Source: the human T2T-CHM13v2.0 reference genome, Homo sapiens
Length of the DNA stretch: 64,000 bases
Assembly: GCF_009914755.1 (NCBI RefSeq)
Contig: NC_060929.1
Strand: one strand, 5' to 3'
The notes under the pieces are model-generated. The model was not told where the DNA came from and did not search any database. It was given only the letters and a program-made list of their open reading frames with translations. This document shows positions 54,610-64,000 of this stretch, one piece after another (positions within the stretch are counted from its first letter, which is position 1; every line of letters starts with the position of its first letter). The translations under genes and the position numbers were made by a program.

Positions 54610-54844
54610 GGCCAGGCACAGTGGCTTAGACCTATAATCCCAGCACTTTGGGAGGCCAAGGTGGAAGGATGGCTTCAGGCAAGGAGTTCAAGAAGAGCCT
54701 GGCAACATAGCAAGACCCCATCTTTAAAAAAGGCACAGCCAGTCATGGTGGCACACACCTGCAGTCCTAGCTACTCAGGAGGCTGAGGCAGGAAGATCAC
54801 TTGAGCCCAAGAGTTTGAGGTTGCAGTGAGCTATGACAGCATCA
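54610..54844 (+). mobile_element. AluJ, 3'-truncated
   Basis: ggcaacatagcaagacccc, cttgagcccaagagtttgagg, gtgagctatga; no A tail. Confidence 0.9.
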
Positions 54845-55472
54845 TATTTGGATATGTCATCCAGAAAAATAATCCACACGTTTGGCTTTCTAAAGAATCA
54901 TCTCTGTTTTGGAGATCATGCATGTTACACAAGGCAGGTAGACAAAGTGAGTATTTTGGGTGATAGAACTTAGATGACAGAATAAGAATGATGAAATTAT
55001 ATAAAAGTGAATAAGGAATATTGTAATTTAAAATTCTTAATTCTACAAGTTCAAAATGGGAGAAACCAGTTTAACTGTTGCTAATTTTATTTTGTTATAC
55101 TTTTTTTATTTCACTTTATTACTTTTTGGAAAGTTGGCAACAATTGGGAATAAGCCAAAAACATTTTTATGTAGGTGTGGAAAGCTGAACACAGCCACAG
55201 ACTTGAAGAAGAGAGGTATCTAGCCAGAACAAGAGAAGTAATAACTCCCTTACTTTATATACACTGCAGACCCAATCTAGGCATCCCATTTTAAAAATAA
55301 CATCAATAAACAATAAACGACTCAACATTTTGATCTCTTAGTGCTTTTACCTTTTCATTTTCGACAACCTGTCCTCCAATTGTCCTTAGCCATCTACTCC
55401 CAGGGATGGTAGGAAGCAGAGTGAGATGGGATCTGTAGATGGTTGGCCTATGTTGATGCTCTTGCCTTACAC

Positions 55473-55623
55473 TACTGGTTTTCAACCCTGGGGGCACATT
55501 AGCATTTACCTGAAAAGGCCCCACATTAAAATAATTAAAACAGGTTTGGAGGGAGACATGGGGAGAGAGCAGGGAAATTTTTAAATTTCAGATGTTTCCA
55601 ATGTTCGAGAATCAGAATCACTG
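55473..55623. mobile_element. MER5-like hAT MITE
   Basis: cactggttttcaaccctgg...cacattag ... ttccaatgt...agaatcactg. Confidence 0.55.
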
Positions 55624-58219
55624 CCCTCAACAGATCCTATGCACTTTGTGAACAGGGATTGGTATTTCCCTGGCTTTACAGATTAGATCTGAAAGAGGTA
55701 TGCTTTACTGAATTCATGTTACTTTCCAATTCTGATTTATTAAGACAAAGTGAAAAAATATACTAAGCTATTTAGGAATTATATTCTTGATCCTTTCCCA
55801 AAAACCTTTATTTACACCCCAAGAATTGTATACACATCATTTATCAGAGAAGAGGAGAATGTATTTGAAAGAATACTTAGGAAATATTTTTAAAGAAGCT
55901 TTCAAATCCAGTACTTTAAGTAAAAATCAATGACAGGTCTGATACTAAAAGTATTCAGTGATTTACATATAAACATTTTACAATAAAAATGTGACCTAGG
56001 ACTACCTCAGTGTAACAATTTATTATTAAAAATGAATGTAAGAAAAATGTTTTAGCATGGTATTTTTGAATTACAAACATGTACTTCAGGGTTGAATGTC
56101 TTAGCGGAATGAGAGAAAAAGTTAGTCTCACATGCATAGGCTGATGATAGAAGAAGACAGAAAGGATGCAATTAAATGTAAAATAAATATATACTTTGTT
56201 TTCTTAAAGATGAAGCAAGTGTTTAAAACTGTGGTAGATCTTTTAATCTGTTGCTATGCCAACAGAAAAATTTTAAATGGATCCAAGAAATGGGACAATT
56301 TTCAGGAATATAAGCACAACCTATTTCAGATAAGTAAAACTGTATTCATATTATCCCCCCAAGGGGATAGAGTCTTGAGGGAATTAGTGCAGAATTAATT
56401 GCTCAGGTTTCTCCCCCAAACCACAGCAGTCATAAGGCATAGAATCTCACGCTATATTTTTCTGATATCTAGATCTGGATTTAGGTTAAACTTTTTCAGG
56501 ATTGTGGGAAATGCTGTTCCCCAGTTTGTAGTTAGCAGGACAGCATGTTTCTACCATTTTAAGACTGATTAACACACACACAAGAGACAAAAGTCCATAA
56601 ATCGTGAACTGTATTTCTTAGACAATACCGAGATGACATAGCTTTCAAATATAAAAACATCTTAATAAAATATATCTCATATGCAAATTACCAGCATGCT
56701 TTTTGAGTCAGACAAAGACAGGCATTGTTTTTCCTGAAAAGAAAAACAAAGATTAAAATGAAGGATGACCTGAAATCTATAACTTATAGAAAACAGAAAT
56801 TATAAATTTGCTCAAATTTTATTCATGTAAGATAATATTTTAACTATACATTGATCAACTTCTTCACAGCTTTCTCACAAGTAAATATAAGCAAGCATTT
56901 CTTTTTTTAAGAGAAAGTTGTTTTGTTTCAATTGTAAAAATACATTTCTGAAAATATTTTAATACATCCAGAGAGTCTTTCCTTAGCTTTACAGCAAGGC
57001 AGGAATAGATTGCCTCAGCAAAATAAAGATGAAAATTTAGTTCAACTGCCTTTCCTGAAGGTATTTCTGTAAAGAAAGAAATAGATAATTCACAGTAATT
57101 AAAAAGTATTTTCAATTAAATGCTTGTCTGTATGGGTGAGTCTGCCTTATTGCCTATGAGAGATAAAGCCCCTACTTCAGCTTCTTTTCAAATGTTTATT
57201 TTTAAATGGCTTAATTATCAAATGGAGCCACTATGAACAACAATTTCTTATCATATTTTTTATTTTATACTGAAGATGAGAAAACATCTGAAACTGGGTA
57301 GCATAAGGGGAGCAGTGGCATTCCTTTTTTCCACTAGGTTTCTATCATCTATCTTTAGGTTTTGCTTTATTTTTTAAATATGTGGAGCTGAGCTGATCCA
57401 CAAATACACTGTTTGAGCTCATCTTTAAATCCTGAGCATATTCACAGAAAGGAAGATTGCCTGTTGGCTACTGCGTATCACCCAGTTTCACTTTGTCTTT
57501 GTTTTCTGAAGAGTGTGCCTCTACTATCACTCACATTAATATTACGTAATAAATGACAGCCTTATCATTACATTAACACTCTTTAGCAGTCAGCTAAGGT
57601 GACTGCATTTATCTAATAAATAGGAGCTCCAATTACACTTATTTCTGCATTTAATGTATACCATTTCTTGGACTATCCAGATATCACATGGTACAATTGT
57701 AGCCTAGACTAGTTACCAAAAAAAAAAATAGGGGATTTGGTGAATATACACAATCATCGTATCCTTAGACGTGCCTGATTGTCTAGTTCTATGTCACAAA
57801 CTGTGTACCCATACAAAACAAGACAACAGATGCATTTTGGAAGATGTTCATGAGTGTGGTTGAATACACACAGAAAAATCTGATCTACACTAATGGCATT
57901 CAAACTTTTTAACAGAGAATTTCCTCAAATGGAAACTTTCTGGGCAGAGCCCAACATATAACTTAGATAATCAGGCAACAATGACTCTTGGGGGCTCTTC
58001 TGGCCCCCAAGATACCTCCAAGAATCCTAGCACAGTGCTGAGGATAGCTTGGAAGACCACCGGCTTTAATTTTCATCATATTCTTTTATATTCTTTCATC
58101 ATATTTTTTCAAAGTTTGCCCTTTCAATAGGGAGTACTACATATTTCAGTCTGTAAAGATTTGGACACTCCTTCACCATCTCAGTTATAGTAGCCATGAT
58201 TTATCTGGATCTTCTATCT

Positions 58220-58330
58220 CAAGTTTTTCTCAACTTCTCTATACCTCCATTTTCTCATCTGTAAAATGGAGATTATAGTAGTACCTAACATACAAATATT
58301 ATTTTGATGCATTTGTAACATAATTTATAT
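58220..58330 (+). mobile_element. MIR core fragment
   Basis: ttttctcatctgtaaaatggagattatagtagtaccta. Confidence 0.7.
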
Positions 58331-58494
58331 AATTAATATTTTAATATAATATAAAGATATTAAATAGTTGTATAATAAAATATATTTTAATTTACATTAA
58401 AAGTTCTTTGGACAATAAGCAGTAAAGCATTTATCAAATTAAAAAATTGCTTACATGAAGATGATGTGGTTTTATCAGTGTGTAAGCAATGTTT

Positions 58495-58823
58495 GTGTGT
58501 GTGTGTGCGGGGGCGGGGGGCGGGGGAGGGGAGAGAGAGAGAGAGTCTCTCTCTGTCACCCAGGCTGCAGTGCAGTGGTACAATTACAGCTCACTTCTGC
58601 TCTCTGCATCTCTCCAGGCTCAGGTGATCCTCCCACTTCAGCTTCCTGAGTAGCTAGGACCACAGGCACATACAACCACACCCAGATAACTTCTGTATTT
58701 TTTTGTAGAGACAGGATTTCATTATGCTGCCCAGGCGGGTCTTGAACTCCTGAGCTCGAGCAATCCTCCTGCCTCGGCCTCTCAAAGTGCTGGGAGTACA
58801 GATATGACCCACTGCACCCAGCT
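58495..58823 (-). mobile_element. AluJ(b)-like with tail converted to compound microsatellite
   Basis: Alu body with ggctcaggtgatcctcccac and ttttgtagagacagg; tail now (TG)n(GGGGGC)n(GA)n; TSD gcaatgttt/gcaacattt. Confidence 0.9.
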
Positions 58824-60099
58824 GCAACATTTTTTTATAAAAGGCCAAAATGCTGTTTTCTATTCTGTTTCCAATTTTATTTGTGTAGGCCAGTTCATAT
58901 TCTGTTGATTTCCAAGATGGAATTATATCAATGCTAAGTGAAAGTATTCAGGAAAAAATAGTTCACAGAGCTTTCGTTTTCCAAAAATGGACTTAGGGGC
59001 TCAGCTACACATACGAAGATCTTTGGGGTTCTTTTGTTCCTCACTCTTGCCCCAGTCAATCTCATTTGCCACTCAGTTGCGTACACTACACTGTAGCTTG
59101 TTCTCTCATCAGTTGGGTCTGTTAGAACCCTGAGGAGTTTAATATCATCTCTAAACCTGGTGATTTCATTGTTTACTTTCAGAACATTTATAGCATGTTA
59201 AATATGGCAGCAGCCCCAGGCCTTCAGAGACGCCTCTGTTTTAACTTCCGTCTCCGACATTTTGTTTACTTTGTGTCCTTTAATGAGGACTGGAATCGTG
59301 ATTGGCTTAACTCTTAAGGATGCTCCCAAGGATCTTTTTCTTGGGAATGAGGAGGAAGGAAGAAAATAATTTGTGTAAAAATTCCTTAGAGGTTTAGATA
59401 TCTAGAGAAACATGAAAGAAAAAAAATTAAATACATGAAAGCAAAGGGCCCCAATCCAGAATTAAGGCAAGTGCTCAGCTGCCAGAGATATCAGATTGTC
59501 TTACTTCCTGGGTTTTTTGTCATAAAACACATTTTTTTTTCTGTTTTTACTAGACCTAAATGCTGTTTAAGGTATCCCTCATTTAATGGCAAAAGCAATT
59601 CAGACCACGGAACAGAGACCTTGAGGAATTCATGATTAAAACCTAAGTTTTATGTAAGAACATACAATACACTATCCGAATTTTGAGGCTTTCACACCAA
59701 AATCATATTCCCACAAATTTCCTAACTGGATCATTGATTTGGTATCTTGAGTATTTCAAACAGAAACTCTTCATATTTTTTCTATTCACTTTAGGGGTAA
59801 AAAAATTAAAAACACAACAAACTTTTCAAAGCAATAAATCCTGCCACTTCAATGTGCTTTAAAAAATTATTTTCTTTAAATACTGTTGTTTAAAAAAGAC
59901 TTACTCTAGAGAGACATCCGTTATTGAATAGTCAGAATGGGAATTGATAGAAAACATTCTAAATTGGGTGGGTTAAATTTTGCTTAAGGAGAAGTGAGAG
60001 TAAAGCCTGAAAAGGTTGCTTTTCTCACTACATTCTGGCTATCTGAAGTCATTGTGTGGAAGCACAAGAATCTTAGGTAATAATTTGAAGTATACAATT

Positions 60100-60440
60100 T
60101 AATTCTTTAATTCAACAGATGTTTATTAAGCACATAATATGTGAAAGTTGCTGTGCTAGATGTTATACTAGACTCTTTGGGAGGTGCACCAATGTAAAAA
60201 TCATTATTGATAGGATTCCCTCAAGGAACATACAATCTAGTGAAGAAAATGTCACATGTTCATAAATAACTATAGTAATAATGTCTACTGCTTATTGAGG
60301 GCTATATCCTAAGTGCCTTACCTATATCAATGCACTGAATCTCCACTACAACCTTAAGGTTTATACTGAGGAAGGAAACCAAGGCACAAAGAAGTTAAGT
60401 GACTTGTCCAAAAACCAGTCTTATTAGTAATAGAGGCTGT
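60100..60440 (-). mobile_element. L2 3' fragment followed by MIR
   Basis: ttcaacagatgtttattaagcac...ccctcaaggaacatacaatctagtg; then gaaggaaaccaaggcacaaagaagttaagtgacttgtccaa. Confidence 0.7.
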
Positions 60441-62418
60441 AGCTCTGGAGGGTTATTGGTGCTGGCAATGAAGACTAAATGTCATCATGTAGAAGTGATC
60501 ATTGGAACTGTGGGAATACACTGAATTACTACCGGAGGGAAAGATCTAGGGTTACATGGGGAGGTAAGGGGACACGACATCTGCAAGACAGGAGAAGGAA
60601 GAAAACTGACTGAAATAGAGAAGACATAGTCATAAAGCCAGAAAATAGAATCCAATAGCATTATCCAAGAAGGCAAGGAAAGATCTTAATGACTGGATAG
60701 CCAAAATGTCAAATGCTACATTTTTTAGCATACAAAAAAGAAACATCATGTGCTTTTAAAGACATACAAAAAAGCAAAAATTCTATCCACATTGATTCTT
60801 TGAATGTCAGTTACTTAGTCATACAACCTATCCTGGGAAATAACACCATAAAACATTATAACAAAGTGTATATGGACTTGGAGTGGTCCCTAGTGAGGAA
60901 AAAAATTAAAACAGATTTGTATTTATTGAAAAATGTTATTAAAATTTTATAGAATGCTAAGCATGTTAATACTTTGTTTTTTCCAATACACATCTGAGAA
61001 TTTAAAGAGAAAACAAATATTTCCTTTACAAATACAACATAAGTCTTTACAGTAGTATGTCATGTGACATGGCTTCAGTTAATCAAATGTAGGTCCCGGT
61101 GCATGTGCAGATAGATGCACATACTAAAGTTCCATATCCAGATAATTTTCTGGAGTGAGTAAAAATCACCGTAGTGACAGACCATTAGCCCAGGCCTCTC
61201 AATGCATCTTTTCAACAAAATGTGCACTTTGCCAAATAAAAAATAAAAAAATTAAAAATTAAATTAAAAAAGCTGTGGGCCAATTGTCTTCAGAGTTTCT
61301 GGTTTCTCTCCAACTCAGACACACTCATCCTATCACCCTAATGACTCACCCACTCCTTCGCAATTTTAACACACATACCATATCCCAGATATTAAAATTA
61401 TACTTCCTGAGTTCAATAAAATGTACTGAAAGCAGAATTAAAGTACACTAATTGTGTTTTTAAAATAAGTTACATCTGATTTTTAAAACAACAAACTTGC
61501 TCTTTCCTCATGCAAAACCAAAATGCTTCTCCCAAAAAGAGACCTCCTTTCTCTCTGTCCTGCTTAACACCCTTTCCCTCCTTTTTCCTGCCTCTGTTTT
61601 TCTGCCTTTGTTATTCTCTGTAAAACTGAATATACACATCGCATTGATATTTCTTGCTAATGATAGCAATATGTATCCTGGAGGGTTTTGTAGCTGGCCT
61701 GTCTCTCCTGTGGCAGTTGTAGGTAAATCTGATTGGAATTTCTATACCCATCTAAATAGATCCTTTCTCATCTTGCCCCTAGGCCTCTGAGGTGTGGAAT
61801 CCAATCTGTGGTGTGTTCCGATGCTGCTCAGTGATAAGGCAGGAGCAAGATTAGATGTGTTCTGAACTGTATTCATGTTCTCTCTTTTTAGTTGCCTAGG
61901 AGAAGGAAGAAATCTTCAGAAAAAATATTTTAGAAAATCTTTTCTGAATTGATATGTAGTGCATTTCTCCTTTTTTATACAAGGTGACAGCGTGCGTGAG
62001 ATGTAAAGATGAGTTTGCTCAGGCAATTACCCCTTGTTGATAGCAGATTATTTCCTCTGGCAACTCGAAAATAACTTGTTGGTATATAAGTTACTGCTGT
62101 TCTGGGGATGTAGTAATTTACTCTCCTGCCTTTTTTATGAGCACATTTATTTTAATCAGTAGAGTTCAGAATAGCTCTTTTTCATCTAACTCCATCTCTT
62201 TTGGAGTTATGCACCTTCTAACACATAATGAAGGAAGGTCCTTTTGCGCACACAGGAGAAAAGAGGTATGATATATTGCTGGAAAAATGGTCTTTGCACG
62301 GGAAATCATATCCCATGATCTTTTTTGTCCATGTTAAAAACACAACACTTGTTCTCCACAGCTCCAGCCCAAATTATTTTTCTGATGAAAACAATGAAAA
62401 CCTCACCAAGTAACTCAC

Positions 62419-62554
62419 CATTATCTTTCATCGTGGGGACCGATAACATGGAATAGTTACACATGTAGGATGAAGAAGAACATGAAAGAATTCAGGTCAG
62501 CAAAACCTATACAACTTTTAAGAAATATTGCAGGTTATATACCTCACTGAATGC
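62419..62554 (-). other. Candidate non-coding exon (136 nt)
   Basis: gcttttatcttacag|G acceptor and aatg|gtgagt donor; stops in all three frames. Confidence 0.3.
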
Positions 62555-63702
62555 CTGTAAGATAAAAGCAAGCCAGAGAGTTTAACTGCCTCACCATTTT
62601 GCAGATGAAGTAAAGGGTCCAGAAAAGAAAAACACTTTTCCATGGCACCCAGGAACTTTGATGGGGACCAAACAAATACTGTGATAAAGGTCCTTCACCT
62701 CTCCCATTGGCCCCTAGCCATCCCCTTACAGAACTTTTGCTATTTCTAAACAAGTATAGAGAAAGCAAAATTCATTTTCTAACATTAATCCCTAGTTGGC
62801 TAAGCCTTGGTTACTCCACATGTGTTACTTATCATGAAAGTTCAGTATATGATAAAGAGGTGGATCATTTAATTTTTCTCCAGTACATAATAACAATGAC
62901 AAAATTAGTGACTTCACCACTTGGGTCTTTTCTAGAAAAGGGCAAAGTTTGGCTGATGGAGCACAGACACCAAAACCTGAGAGCCTGTATTCTTGACAAT
63001 CTCTACTTCTGACCACTTAGATTCTTGTTACTCCATTCTCCCAGTCATAAAACACTAGGCAGTAACTTTCCTCTCATCATGAGGATTATTAACAGGACAA
63101 AGGAAGACTATGGATGTGGAAGAATCTGGCTTTCTTGAAAATTCAGGGACTGTCATTTCAAAGCATTACTTCTTTGTACTTCTTCCATGGAATGTTTTCA
63201 TTTAAGTGAAAATAGAACATCAGAAATAATTTTTTGTTGAGAAAAAAATAAGAAAAAGAGCAAAAACAAGAACTGCAAGATTATTTTACAAAAATTTCTG
63301 TGATTTTTTATAGAGATCATATCTGGGCAAATCAGGAGGATAAGTAAAATCAACTGTCCTAATTTATAAAGCCAATGCAACACAAGTTCACATCAGTCCA
63401 CATTGTGAACTGCGTCTGTGCATTAAATATATTAATAATTGAACAGTACAGCAGGAAAAGTTTTAAGGGCTTTTTTCAAGTAGAAATTCTCATCTATGCC
63501 TAGCACTAAATTCAGTAAATTTTCTTTCCATACATAAGGTGGTTGTCCAAATCTGTGCTGAAGTAGAAATTCATGGCATGTATTTTTAATATTTCAAAAG
63601 TAGTGAGTTTGCAAATCTACTTTTCTTAACAAATTGTAACCAAACCTAGAAACATATACTAAATAGGTGCTCAGTCCTCTATGAACTCTCTTCCAATAAA
63701 AA

Positions 63703-63835
63703 GGGGAGAGTGGCGGCACACACCTGTAGTCCCAGCTATTTGGGAGGCTGAGGCAGGAGGATTGGTTGAGCCCAGGAGTTCTCGAGCCAGCCTTGGCAAC
63801 ATAGTGAGATCCATCCCTGAAAAAAAGAAAAGAAA
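63703..63835 (+). mobile_element. Alu monomer (FLAM-like)
   Basis: cacctgtagtcccagcta...ggattggttgagcccaggagtt...ggcaacatagtgaga + A-rich tail, single arm. Confidence 0.85.
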
Positions 63836-64000
63836 TTGTATATATATTTGCTTGTGCAATAAACTAATATTGAATATTATACAATTTGACTCATGTGGCC
63901 TTCTCTGTCTAGGTTTTCATGGGTATAAACAATTTAAATTTTAATATATTATAAATATTATTTTATTATTTGACCAATATTTAAAAGTAATGAAATTAGT

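Overview
AT-rich primate (human-like) genomic DNA with no intact protein-coding gene, RNA gene or prokaryotic feature. Much of it is interspersed repeat: Alu J/S/Y and FLAM, L1, L2, MIR, MaLR/ERVL LTRs, and Tigger/hAT DNA transposons. The most notable unexplained signal is a series of about 12 repeat-free blocks on the minus strand (about 48.8 kb to 24.3 kb). They read as decayed coding sequence with stops and frameshifts, and many are bounded by minus-strand splice signals. I interpret this, by inference and without identifying the gene, as the fossil of a large multi-exon gene or exon array lost long ago. Also present are template-switch-type palindromes (one pre-miRNA-like), a local duplication of an Alu plus its flank, G4 motifs and a CpG-retaining repeat-free block that may be regulatory. 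Repeat subfamily calls come from recalled consensus motifs, and boundaries of old repeats and pseudo-exons are approximate.
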